27,311 bases of DNA from Desulfobacterales bacterium (GCA_030629475.1 DAOVOU010000001.1:1-27311), one strand, 5' to 3'. Numbered from the stretch's first letter, positions 1 to 9,600 are shown. Made by a program: numbers and translations. Notes: a model not told the origin generated them from the sequence alone.

Positions 1-150
1 ACTTCCTAAAACCCAAATACTATCTGGAACACCATTAGCTATTTTATTTGAACTTGAAACTTGATATTTACTAAGTTTGACTTTTTTGTTTGATTCATTA
101 TACTTTTTATGCTTTTTACAATTCCCATGTTTGCATTTGCACCTTCCCAT
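1..150 (-). CDS. Partial hypothetical Lys/Cys-rich protein, runs off the window edge
   Basis: The minus-strand ATG at 150-148 directly follows the TAA (153-151) of the upstream ORF. The frame stays open for 50 codons to position 1 (MGRCKCKHGNCKKHKKYNESNKK...GVPDSIWVLGS). Not in the ORF track; no family recognised. Confidence 0.35.
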   Translation of the reverse strand, partial: MGRCKCKHGNCKKHKKYNESNKKVKLSKYQVSSSNKIANGVPDSIWVLGS

Positions 151-516
151 TTATTTGTTTATTATTAATATTTTTTTACATTCAATTGGAAAATCTGTAA
201 TAAATGCATCTATCCCTAAATCGAAAAGTTGTTTAACTTCTTTAATTTGTCTAGTTTTATCTTCTCCATAAACCCAAACTTTTGTATTGTATAATTCTAT
301 TGATAATTTTTCATTTTGAATACGTTTCAAATCTATAGCATTTCTACCAACTACGACAACTGAAATATAAGGATATATTTCTAATGTTTGACTTAAATTC
401 ATAGTCAATCCTGAGAAAACCCAACCTACTTCCATTTCTGGAAAATCTTGATGAAAGATTTCAATTTCAGGATGTTGAAAACTAGTAACTATAAAATCTG
501 AAATTGAATATTCAGG
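151..516 (-). pseudogene. Glycerophosphodiester phosphodiesterase (GDPD)-like protein, 3' part only, AT-rich
   Basis: C-terminal ...VWVYGED...LFDLGIDAFITDFP matches the GDPD end motif (GVDGIITDxP). The catalytic N-terminal half is absent. The ORF-track start at 552 lies in antisense typA sequence, so it is not a native start. Confidence 0.6.
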
Positions 517-520
517 AGCG

Positions 521-2140
521 TATGACGGGTATCGGATCAACATCATCGACACGCCCGGCCATGCCGATTTCGGCGGTCAGGTCGAGCGGGTTCTGAATAT
601 GGCCGATGCTGCGTTGCTCCTCGTTGACGCTCAGGAAGGCCCAATGCCCCAGACGTACTTTGTGCTCAAGAAAGCCCTTGCCATCAAGCTACCAATCATC
701 GTGGTGATCAACAAGATCGACAAACCCAACCCCCGCCCGGACTGGGTCGTGGATCACGTATTTGACCTCTTTGTGAAACTGGACGCCCCTGATGACATCC
801 TCGATTTCCCGGTCATCTATGCCTCCGCAAAGCACGGTTACGCCGTAACGGATACAGGCGAACAGGGCTCGTCCATGGCGCCCCTTATGGAAACCATCAT
901 TTCTCACGTGCCGCCTCCGTCGGGCGATTCAACAGGCCCCCTGCAGCTGCAAGTAAGCTCCATCGACTATTCATCCTTTCTGGGTCGCCTCGGCATCGGC
1001 AAAATCACTTCAGGCTCTCTCAATGTTGGCCAGGCTGTTGTTGTAGCCGACCAGACAGGGGCGCTTGTCCCTGCCGCCATTTCCAAGGTGTATCGATTCG
1101 AGGGCAACCGCAAAGTAGCCGCAGCCCATGCCGGCGTGGGCGAGATCGTTGTCGTTGCCGGGATGGACTCCGTCGCAATCGGCGACACCTATACGGTCCC
1201 GGATAACCCATGCCCGTGCCCGCCGGTTCCCATTGATCCGCCAACGATTTCGGTGAACATCCTTCCCAATGATTCGCCCTTTGCGGGCAAGGAAGGAACC
1301 TTCGTGACATCTCGCCATCTTGCCGAGCGTTTGCATCGGGAAACCCTGGCGGATGTCGCGTTGGTCGTAGAAGAGTTGGCCGAAGACGTGGGTTTCAAGG
1401 TCTCGGGCCGCGGGGAACTGCATATAGCCATCTTGATTGAAAAAATGCGAAGAGAGGGTTACGAATTTCAGGTCTCTCGCCCCCAGGTTGTGATGAAACA
1501 GCAAGGTAACGACACCCTGGAGCCCTATGAGGAGCTGACCATTGATGTCGATGAGGAGTACATGGGCGCGGCAATGGAAGGGCTCGGCCTGCGCAAGGGC
1601 AGGCTCATTGATATGCAACAAGGAAACGGCAAGGCGCACCTCAAGTACAAAATACCTACCCGGGGCCTTATCGGCTACCGGTCTGAGTTCATGTCCAGCA
1701 CCAAGGGCATGGGCGTTATGAACTATGTTTTCCTGGGATACGGCCCCCACGCCGGCGAAATCCGCCATCGAAGAAATGGCGTCCTGATTTCCAAGTCCAT
1801 CTGCATGACCGTGGCCTATGCCCTGTTCAACCTGCAGGCCAGAGGCAAGCTCTTTCACGGGCCTGGCGTTGAGGTCTATGAAGGACAGATCATCGGTGAG
1901 CACAGCAGAGACACCGACCTGGTGGTGAACCCCGCCAAAGGAAAAAAGCTGACCAACATGCGGGCAGCAGGCTCCGATGAAAACGTTATTCTCACGCCAC
2001 CGTCGATCATGAGTCTGGAGGAATGCATTTCCTACATCAACCACGATGAGCTGGTCGAGGTCACCCCCAAAAACATACGGCTCAGAAAATGCCAACGGGG
2101 GCAAACCTGCACGCCCGCAGCCCTTCAAAATGCTGCATGA
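521..2140 (+). CDS. typA: Translational GTPase TypA/BipA, 5'-truncated (lacks G1/G2)
   Basis: The frame from 521 reads [29 protein letters not shown] (G3), then NKID (G4), [17 protein letters not shown] and [11 protein letters not shown]. There is an in-frame TGA at 476-478 and no AHVDHGKT N-terminus. Confidence 0.92.
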   Translation, partial: YDGYRINIIDTPGHADFGGQVERVLNMADAALLLVDAQEGPMPQTYFVLKKALAIKLPIIVVINKIDKPNPRPDWVVDHVFDLFVKLDAPDDILDFPVIYASAKHGYAVTDTGEQGSSMAPLMETIISHVPPPSGDSTGPLQLQVSSIDYSSFLGRLGIGKITSGSLNVGQAVVVADQTGALVPAAISKVYRFEGNRKVAAAHAGVGEIVVVAGMDSVAIGDTYTVPDNPCPCPPVPIDPPTISVNILPNDSPFAGKEGTFVTSRHLAERLHRETLADVALVVEELAEDVGFKVSGRGELHIAILIEKMRREGYEFQVSRPQVVMKQQGNDTLEPYEELTIDVDEEYMGAAMEGLGLRKGRLIDMQQGNGKAHLKYKIPTRGLIGYRSEFMSSTKGMGVMNYVFLGYGPHAGEIRHRRNGVLISKSICMTVAYALFNLQARGKLFHGPGVEVYEGQIIGEHSRDTDLVVNPAKGKKLTNMRAAGSDENVILTPPSIMSLEECISYINHDELVEVTPKNIRLRKCQRGQTCTPAALQNAA

Positions 2141-2206
2141 ACCGGGATGCCTAATCCGGTGTGCACATTAACTTTAGCTCACTTTTTGTTGAACAAGGCA
2201 ATATTT

Positions 2207-2335
2207 ATGAAAATCGGATTGATTGGTTTGCCGAATTCCGAAAAAACAACGATTTTTAATGCATTGACCAAAGCCGAGGCCCCGGTTACAGCTTATGCCA
2301 ATTGCAAGGCGAAGCCGAATCTGGCGGTTGTCGAT
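2207..2335 (+). pseudogene. ychF: YchF/Ola1 ATPase N-terminal stub (about 43 codons), in frame with the downstream helicase
   Basis: MKIGLIGLPNSEKTTIFNALTKAEAPVTAYANCKAKPNLAVV matches the YchF N-terminus (GLPNxGKxT, PNxxVV). The P-loop Gly is replaced by Glu, and similarity stops at about 2333. Confidence 0.8.
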
Positions 2336-2347
2336 AAGGAAACTATC

Positions 2348-3649
2348 ATGTCTTTTGAAAATTTGCAGTTAGCTTCGCCTATCCTGAAGGCCATTGGCGA
2401 ATGTGGTTACACCGCTCCGACGTCAATCCAGGCCAAGTCTATCCCGAAGGTCCTGGCCGGGCAGGATCTGATAGCCTCTGCCCAAACCGGCACCGGCAAG
2501 ACCGCAGCCTTCGTACTGCCCAGTCTCCAACACCTGAGCGCTCCTCGTCCGGGCCGAAAACGCGGTCCGCGAGCGCTCGTGTTGACGCCTACCCGCGAGT
2601 TAGCTGAGCAGATCACGCAGTCAGCTCGCGTCTATGGCAAATACCTGCGTGTTAAAAGCACTACCATTGTCGGTGGCATGCCGTACCCCGAGCAGCTCAG
2701 GGAATTGTCGAAGTCACCCGATCTGGTCATCGCAACACCGGGGCGCCTACTTGATCACCTGGAGCACGGACGCATCAATCTCTCAGGTCTGGAACTATTG
2801 GTGCTGGATGAGGCCGACCGTATGCTCGATATGGGATTTATCGAGGATGTGGAGAAAATTGTGCACAGTGCGCCGTCTGGACGCCAGACGCTCTTGTTTG
2901 CGGCGACAATGAACAACACCATAGTCAAACTGGCGCGGCGTATCCTGAAGCATCCGGAGCGCGTTGAAATTGCAGGCACAAAAACTACCCTGGAACGTAT
3001 CGAACAGCGCCTGCACGTGGCCGATAACCTTAAGCATAAGCACCGCATGCTGCAACACCTCATCGCTGACTCCGGCGTGACTAAGGCGATTATCTTCTCA
3101 GCTACGAAAAAGGACGCTGATAACCTGGCCCACGAACTTTACGCCCAGGGCCATGCCGCAGCAGCACTGCACGGCGATATGAAGCAGAGCGCTAGAAATC
3201 GCACTATGAGCAACATGCGGCGGGGGAAGATCAGGCTGTTGGTTGCAACGGATGTTGCCGCACGCGGTATTGACGTCGCCGGCATCAGCCACATCATTAA
3301 TTTTGATCTGCCTAAGTGTGCTGAAGATTACGTCCACCGCATAGGCCGCACCGGTAGGGCCGGCGCCTCAGGTATCGCCATCTCTTTTGCGTCGTCTAAA
3401 GAACTCAATGAGCTTTCCCGGATTGAACGCTATATAGGCGAGACTCTGCCCGAGCACGTAGTCCCTGGGCTTGAACCCACGCGTTCGCTGCGGCCCATGA
3501 CGGCGAAAAAGAAAGGGGGATGGCAGCAGCATACTGTAACTGCACGGTATTCCAGAGGCAAGAACTGGGGATCGACAAACAAGGAAAAGAACGTAATCGT
3601 AGAATACCGCAACAGTAAGGCAAGCCGGCAGGCGAGGAGGACCAGCTGA
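2348..3649 (+). CDS. DEAD-box ATP-dependent RNA helicase
   Basis: Own RBS (TAAGGAA) precedes ATG 2348 (MSFENLQL). Motifs: Q (GYTAPTSIQ), I (AQTGTGKT), Ia (PTRELA), Ib (TPGRLLD), II (DEAD), III (AAT), V (TDVAARGID), VI (HRIGRTGRAG); basic C-terminal tail. Confidence 0.95.
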   Translation: MSFENLQLASPILKAIGECGYTAPTSIQAKSIPKVLAGQDLIASAQTGTGKTAAFVLPSLQHLSAPRPGRKRGPRALVLTPTRELAEQITQSARVYGKYLRVKSTTIVGGMPYPEQLRELSKSPDLVIATPGRLLDHLEHGRINLSGLELLVLDEADRMLDMGFIEDVEKIVHSAPSGRQTLLFAATMNNTIVKLARRILKHPERVEIAGTKTTLERIEQRLHVADNLKHKHRMLQHLIADSGVTKAIIFSATKKDADNLAHELYAQGHAAAALHGDMKQSARNRTMSNMRRGKIRLLVATDVAARGIDVAGISHIINFDLPKCAEDYVHRIGRTGRAGASGIAISFASSKELNELSRIERYIGETLPEHVVPGLEPTRSLRPMTAKKKGGWQQHTVTARYSRGKNWGSTNKEKNVIVEYRNSKASRQARRTS

Positions 3650-3708
3650 GCTGCTGCCTGTTTTGCCTTGTAGAGTTCGGGTGCCGACTTCTGAAACCAG
3701 GGAGGCTT

Positions 3709-3972
3709 CTGCAAAGCATTATGCGCTCCGAACTCCCTCAGGGCTTTGACCCACAGGCCGGTCAGGTTTTGGCCCTCCGGAATCCTCGGGGCGGCCAGTT
3801 CCCGGCCAAGGTGAAGCATGCGGACGAGGAAAAGATCACTGTGGATCTAAATCACCCCCTGGCAGGTAAGGCGCTGACCTTTGAAGTAGAAGTCCTTGAG
3901 ATCAATGATGCGCCCAGTCCGTCCTCCTGTACGCCATCGGCCTGTAGCAGCTGCGGTTCTATCTGTTCGTGA
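3709..3972 (+). pseudogene. slyD: FKBP-type peptidyl-prolyl isomerase (SlyD-like), 3' half only
   Basis: LQSIMRSELP...VDLNHPLAGKALTFEVEV matches the SlyD IF domain and FKBP C-terminus (NHPLAG), with a Cys-rich tail (SCTPSACSSCGSICS). The N-terminal FKBP half is not seen upstream in this frame. Confidence 0.75.
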
Positions 3973-4000
3973 TCGCGTAAAAGAGCAAGACCTGAAACAC

Positions 4001-4033
4001 AAAGCCGGCTGATGAAAGCCGGCTTTACTTTTT
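4001..4033 (+). terminator. Rho-independent terminator-like hairpin after slyD
   Basis: AAAGCCGGCT-gatgaa-AGCCGGCTTT perfect 10 bp stem followed by a T-rich tract. Confidence 0.65.
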
Positions 4034-4040
4034 CTGTTAT

Positions 4041-4212
4041 GTGGGGACGTCCCCACTCTCGCTTGCTCTCCCTGTGAATTTGAACGCCAACTTATAGTAG
4101 TTCTCATGTTTGGTCATTTCGAATTCGAGCAAATGTCAATATTTCAGCGCGTCCCCTATTTCCCCCTGGGAAAGTTACGTTTTAAAGGGATGTCCCCCAC
4201 GAGCGTCCCCCA
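4041..4212. repeat. GGGGACGTCCCC-type REP-like palindrome and degenerate copies
   Basis: Perfect 16 bp palindrome GTGGGGACGTCCCCAC at 4041-4056. Related cgtcccc / gggatgtccccc / gagcgtccccc motifs at about 4150 and 4187-4212. Confidence 0.5.
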
Positions 4213-4221
4213 TCGTTCCCA

Positions 4222-4443
4222 CTTCGTTTTTGGTGTGCCAAGGAGGCTGCGGGAAAGATTATCGGTTCGGGAATCATAGGGCAAACCGGCAATATCAGGA
4301 TAGAAGAGCGCAGAATTGAATCAGGAAAAGTGACTGTCTCGGTCGAGGAGAAACTGGCTCGGAAGTTCAAGGACCTGAAAAAGAAAACGATCCGGGTCGC
4401 AACGTTCCAGAGTGATGGTCTGGTTGTCGGGATTTCGTGTTAA
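4222..4443 (+). pseudogene. 4'-phosphopantetheinyl transferase (Sfp/PfaE-like) C-terminal remnant
   Basis: The frame from 4222 reads LRFWCAKEAAGKIIGSG...VVGISC* (TAA 4441-4443), matching the PPTase WxxKEAxxKAxGxG motif. In-frame TAA at 4183-4185 and no start codon, so it is absent from the ORF track. Confidence 0.7.
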
Positions 4444-4526
4444 GATCTGTGAAACCCACCGACTTCAGCTCGCCATTTATGGCCTCGCGCAGTACAACCC
4501 GTTTCGCCGGTGGGGCTGGTTTGGCT

Positions 4527-4552
4527 TGTGGGAGCGGCTTTCTATCCGCGAT
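4527..4552. repeat. GTGG-type REP-like element
   Basis: TGTGGGAGCGGCTTTCTATCCGCGAT resembles the GT(A/G)G-class REP layout (GTGGGAGCGG...CCGCGAT). Confidence 0.45.
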
Positions 4553-4574
4553 TGTGGCCGTCGAGGTTTGAAGA

Positions 4575-4605
4575 TTGACTTATCACTTGTTAATTGATAC
4601 CTAAC
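4575..4605 (+). promoter_or_regulatory. Candidate promoter/operator upstream of pfaD (motif shared with pfaBC upstream)
   Basis: TTGACTTA-N12-TGATACCTAAC; near-identical bipartite motif at 14543-14574. Confidence 0.4.
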
Positions 4606-4607
4606 AA

Positions 4608-4691
4608 AATTGAGGAATTGCGAATTGAGGAATTAAGGAATTGAAGGTATTCTATTGATTTTAATCCCTGAATCCCTAAATTCCTGAATCT
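4608..4691. repeat. Octamer-periodic imperfect inverted repeat in the pfaD leader
   Basis: Left arm has AATTGAGG-like units (about 5). Right arm has AATCCCTG/AATTCCTG units (about 4), which are imperfect reverse complements. Confidence 0.6.
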
Positions 4692-4701
4692 GATATGCCG
4701 T

Positions 4702-6348
4702 ATGGACACAAGATCGCACAGCCAAAACGCCACACTCGGGTGGTGGCGGCACAATGGAACACTCCCTTCATCCAGGGAGGAGACCCTCCAAGAGGCGATT
4801 TACGATATTCACCGGCCGGTCGCGATCGTGGCAAAGGACGGAAAGTATGCCCTTGCAGAGAGCGGCGTGGCACTTATGGGTGAAGGGGAAAACAATGCCG
4901 GTGGACTTCCCATTGCCGCGTATGTCCCGTCGTGCCCTCTCAAGAACCTGGGAGACGCCACTTTTTGTGCCAACTATGGTCTTGAATATCCGTATCTTGC
5001 CGGATCAATGGCCAATGGCATCTGCTCGGCCGAGATCGTGGAGGCCATGGGAAGGGGCGGGATGCTCGGTTTTTTTGGCGCGGCCGGCCTTCCGCTTCAG
5101 GCCATTGAGGCAGCTATTGACCGCATTGCCTCTTCTCTTGGCGACCGTCCTTTTGGGTTTAACCTGATTCACAGCCCCAATGATCCGGATCTGGAAGCCG
5201 CCGTGGCGGACCTTTACCTTCGCAGGAATATCCGGCTCGTCGAGGCATCTGCCTATCTCGATTTGACCTTGCCCGTGGTCCGCTACAGGGTACATGGCAT
5301 CTACCAGGACCCTTCCGGGCGTATTATCACGCCCAATCGCATCATTGCCAAGGCCTCACGGGTCGAGGTGGCCTCCAAGTTCTTTGCCCCGCCGCCAGAG
5401 GAGTTCTTGACGACCCTGGTGGCATCAGGGGATATCACAGAAGAGCAGGCCGGGCTTGCCGGCAGAATCCCTATGGCCCAGGACCTTACTGCCGAGGCGG
5501 ATTCTGGCGGACACACGGACAACCGGCCGGCCATCACCCTGCTGCCGACCCTGCTGGCGCTACGTGATCGGCTGCAGGCCGAATACGGTTACGAGGAGCC
5601 CCTGCGCGTGGGCGCGGCAGGCGGGATCGCCACGCCTGCTTCTGCCTCAGCCGCCTTTTCCATGGGAGCCGCCTATGTGCTTACCGGGACCATTAACCAG
5701 GGCGCGGTCGAAGCCGGGACCTCTGACATGGTGCGCGAGATGCTTGCCGAGACTAAGCAGGCAGATATCACCATGGCCCCGGCGGCCGACATGTTTGAGA
5801 TGGGAGTAAGAGTCCAGGTCCTAAAACGTGGGACCATGTTTGCCATGCGGGCCGCAAGATTATACGATATCTATCATAGGTGTGAGAGCCTGGAAGCCAT
5901 CCCCCCAGCCGAGCGGAACACACTGGAACGAAGCATCTTTCGAGCCCCCCTTGAAAGAATCTGGGAAGAGACCAGGACCTATTTCCAGGAACGGGATCCA
6001 CGCCAGATCGCGCGGGCTGACAGCGATCCCAAGCATCGCATGGCCCTGGTTTTTCGTTGGTATCTTGGCCAGGCATCACGCTGGGCCACTCTTGGGGACG
6101 CTTCTCGCAAGATAGATTGCCAGGTGTGGTGCGGCCCTGCCATGGGGGCATTCAATGCATGGGTCAAGGGCTCTTTCCTGGAAGACCCAAAGAATCGTCG
6201 TGTCGTGACTATTGCCCTTAATATCCTTTACGGCACGGCAGTGATTGTGCGTCTCAATTCGTTGCGGTATCAAGGGGTCTCTTTGCCACCGGAATGGGTC
6301 GTACTGAAACCACTACGGTTGGAAAAAATCATGGACATCGTCAAATAG
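4702..6348 (+). CDS. pfaD: PUFA-synthase-type FMN-dependent enoyl reductase PfaD
   Basis: GSMANGI, FGAAGL, AEADSGGHTDNRP, VGAAGGIATP, VLKRGTMFAMRA, QVWCGPAMGAFN: PfaD/FabK-like family motifs. Exact start uncertain. Confidence 0.93.
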   Translation: MDTRSHSQNATLGWWRHNGTLPSSREETLQEAIYDIHRPVAIVAKDGKYALAESGVALMGEGENNAGGLPIAAYVPSCPLKNLGDATFCANYGLEYPYLAGSMANGICSAEIVEAMGRGGMLGFFGAAGLPLQAIEAAIDRIASSLGDRPFGFNLIHSPNDPDLEAAVADLYLRRNIRLVEASAYLDLTLPVVRYRVHGIYQDPSGRIITPNRIIAKASRVEVASKFFAPPPEEFLTTLVASGDITEEQAGLAGRIPMAQDLTAEADSGGHTDNRPAITLLPTLLALRDRLQAEYGYEEPLRVGAAGGIATPASASAAFSMGAAYVLTGTINQGAVEAGTSDMVREMLAETKQADITMAPAADMFEMGVRVQVLKRGTMFAMRAARLYDIYHRCESLEAIPPAERNTLERSIFRAPLERIWEETRTYFQERDPRQIARADSDPKHRMALVFRWYLGQASRWATLGDASRKIDCQVWCGPAMGAFNAWVKGSFLEDPKNRRVVTIALNILYGTAVIVRLNSLRYQGVSLPPEWVVLKPLRLEKIMDIVK

Positions 6349-6426
6349 CTAGTGCCTGTTCGTGCTTTGTATTTCGAGTTTTTGACGCGTGTAAATCAAG
6401 ATTGTTGGTTATTGAGTTCAATTGCC

Positions 6427-6491
6427 AGGTGTCAGTGTTCAGGTTTCAGCTCTTTAGGTTTCTCGATCCTGACACCCGAAACCTGACACCT
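6427..6491. repeat. Heptad-periodic hairpin element between pfaD and pfaA
   Basis: AGGTGTC-AGTGTTC-AGGTTTC-AG ... CTGACAC-CCGAAAC-CTGACAC-CT: imperfect inverted arms made of 7 bp units. Confidence 0.75.
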
Positions 6492-6614
6492 TTTCCCCAA
6501 ACCTAATACGCAGCAGATGGGCATGGATTTCCTCATTGCCAATAGACGTGATTTACACCCTTTTTGACCGAAAAACAGGGTTTTTGGTCAACCACTAACT
6601 AAGGATCATTTGTA

Positions 6615-9600
6615 ATGAAAAAGAACAAGCAGACAACTGAAGGTGGGGGAAATCCCCAGATTCCAGTTGCCATCATCGGTATTGGATGCCTTTTTCCCAA
6701 GGCCGAGAATCTTGGGGCCTATTGGGCGAATATCAAGAACCGTGTGGATGGCATTACCGATATTCCCAAGACCCACTGGGATCCTGACGACTATTATGAT
6801 CATGATCTGGGTGCAAAGGACCGTACCTGTGCCAGGCGTGGCGGTTTTCTTTCGCCTGTGGAGTTTAACCCACTTGAGTTCGGGATCTCGCCGCGGGACA
6901 TAGAGGCGATTGATACCACGCAGCTTCTGGGGCTCTTGATAGCCAGGGAGGCCCTTGAAGATGCCGGGTACGGCAGGAAACGGCAATTTGACAGGTCACG
7001 CACCAGTGTGATCCTGGGGGTGACCGGAGCACTGGAACTCGTCATCTCGCTGGGCGCGCGATTGGGTCACCCTCTGTGGCGCCGTGCGCTAAAGGAAGCC
7101 GGGGTAGATGAGGCAACAACTGAGGACGTGGTTGAGCGGCTTGGCGACTCTTATGTAGGCTGGCAGGAGAACTCCTTTCCGGGCCTCCTTGGAAACGTGG
7201 TTGCCGGGCGCATTGCAAATCAGCTCGATCTGGGCGGGACCAACTGTGTGGTTGACGCCGCCTGTGCCAGTTCGCTAAGCGCGCTTCATCTTGCAAACCT
7301 CGAACTGGCGGCCGGCCGGTCTGACATGGTGGTAACAGGCGGGCTTGACACCTTCAACCACATCTTTATGTATACCTGTTTCAGCAAGACCTTTGCCCTT
7401 TCTCAAGCCGGAGATGCCAGGCCCTTTGACCAGGAGGCAGACGGCACCATCCTGGGTGAAGGGATCGGTCTTGTGGTGCTAAAGCGTCTTGAAGATGCCA
7501 GGAGGGATGGGGATAAGATCTATGCCGTTATCCGCGGCCTCGGCACCTCCAGTGACGGCAAGGACAACGCCATTTATACCCCGAGCAGGGAGGGACAGAT
7601 CAGGGCCATGCAGCAAGCTTACCGCCTGGCCGGGGTGACTCCTGACACTATTGACCTGGTTGAAGCCCACGGGACAGGGACCAGGGTGGGGGATGAGATT
7701 GAGACAAAGGCCCTTGTGGACGTGTACCGATCCGGTCACAGGCAAGGGACCTGGTGTGCCCTGGGGTCGGTAAAATCACAGATCGGGCACGCCAAGGCAG
7801 CGGCAGGCGTGGCCGGACTGATCAAGGCCTCCATGGCCCTTTACCACAAAGTGCTGCCGCCCACCATAAAGGTTACCCGCCCGTTCAAAAGCGTGGCACC
7901 TGGAAACTCATCCTTTTACGTAAACATTGAAAAACGTCCCTGGATGCCGCGGACGGAGCATCCCCGCAGGGCCGTGGTGAGCTCTTTTGGTTTTGGCGGC
8001 AGTAACTTCCATTGTGCGCTCGAAGAGGATGAACGTGAAAAGCCGGGGATCGACTGGGACAACGATGTGCAGATCCTCGCATTCTCTGCCAATAGCAAGG
8101 ATGATCTCCTATCAGCCCTTGAGAAATGGCCTCTTGATCTCACCTGGGAAGAGATTGTATCCAGGGCCGCTGTGACACGGGGCGATTTTAGTCCTGAGCA
8201 CGGTTTTCGTCTGGTCCTGGTCATTGAAAAGGGCGGCACAGATCCGGCAAGCAGCATTCGCCAGGCCCTTTCCCGGCTTTCCGGGCAGGAGGAAGAAGCT
8301 TCGTGGCACACCCCTGATGGCGTCTATTTTGGCTCACAAGCAAATTCCGGAAAACTCTGTGTCCTTTTTCCCGGACAAGGTGCCCAGTACGTGGGCATGC
8401 TTCGAGACGTGGCCTGCCAGTTTCCCCAAATGCAGGATGCCCTCGCAGAGGCCGACACGGTTTTTTCGGAACACGGCAACGGAGATTCTGATTCACGGCT
8501 GAGTGACCATATCTATCCTCACCCGGAATTCAGCGATAACGAACGTCTCAAAAATGAAGATACCCTGCGGGATACGCGGGTGGCCCAGCCAGCGATCGGG
8601 GCGGTCAGTTTAGGGCTTTTCAGGATCCTGGAACACTTCGGTGTGGCTCCTGATGCGGTTGCCGGACACAGCTTCGGCGAACTCGTGGCCCTTTGTGTGT
8701 CTGGCCGTTACCAAACGACAACACTTCACAGCCTTTCTAATCTCCGCGGCCGGCTCATGGCCGGAAATGGCGGCCAACACGGCAGCATGCTTGCCGCACA
8801 GGCCCCGGCCGAGGATCTCGTGCATATCGTGCAAGCAAGTGGGCTTGGTCTTGTCATCGCCAACAAGAATGCCCCTGAACAAACCGTGGTTTCCGGGCCG
8901 ACCCATGAGATCGACCAGGCGGCCGGACTTCTTGGCGAGAAGGGGATCCGGCACAAGCGGCTCAACGTGTCTGCCGCCTTTCACAGCCCCCTCGTGTCGC
9001 ATGCGCTATCGCCGTTTAGCGAGGCCCTGGAAAACATCTATTTTTCAGCAGCCAGTATCCCGGTCTATGCCAATAGCACGGCCAGGGAGTATCCCCAGGA
9101 TGAAGCACAGGCCCGGGAGGTGCTGGCCTCCCAGTTGGTGAGCCCTGTGGAGTTTGTGCAAGAAATTGAGAATATGTACGAGGCTGGGGTGCGGGCGTTT
9201 GTTGAAGTCGGGCCGGGCCGTACGCTGACCGGACTTGTCACGTCGATTCTAAAGGATCGAAGGCATACGGCACTGGCAACTGATGCCGCAAGGGGTAAAC
9301 GATCAGGGATCATTGATCTGGCACGCCTTCTTGCCCATCTTGCCTCACTCGGTTTTGCGATTCAGTTGGATAAGTGGGAAGATGCCGCAAGAGAACCCAC
9401 AGAGACCGATGAGAAGAAACCTGCCTTTACGGTCTCTATTTGTGGGGCGAACTACTTTAAACCAAAGCCGGCAAAGCCGGCCGTAAGGCCTGTTAGTAAA
9501 CCTGTTAGTAAAATAGACAGATCTGTAAAAGAGATTCCGCATACCAGAGAGACCACGATACCGATGAATAGAGCTCATGTTTCTGAGCATGTTTCGTGTC

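Noticed and set aside
517-552. ORF-track start of the minus-strand 133 aa protein
   Set aside because: Its first residues (MSMMLIRYP) are the antisense of typA INIIDT codons, not part of the GDPD.
1010-2128. 372 aa minus-strand ORF opposite typA
   Set aside because: Antisense shadow of a conserved GC-rich gene; no recognisable motifs.
2147-3649. Single 500 aa protein starting at 2147
   Set aside because: Composite of upstream non-coding sequence, a ychF stub (2207) and a helicase with its own RBS and start (2348).
4450-4515. CCCACCG...CGGTGGG inverted pair resembling an IS200/IS605 end
   Set aside because: Only 7 bp of complementarity and no tnpA/tnpB nearby; too weak to call.
9469-9512. 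Short duplications in the pfaA linker (KPAKPA, PVSKPVSK)
   Set aside because: Ordinary low-complexity linker slippage; no further structure.
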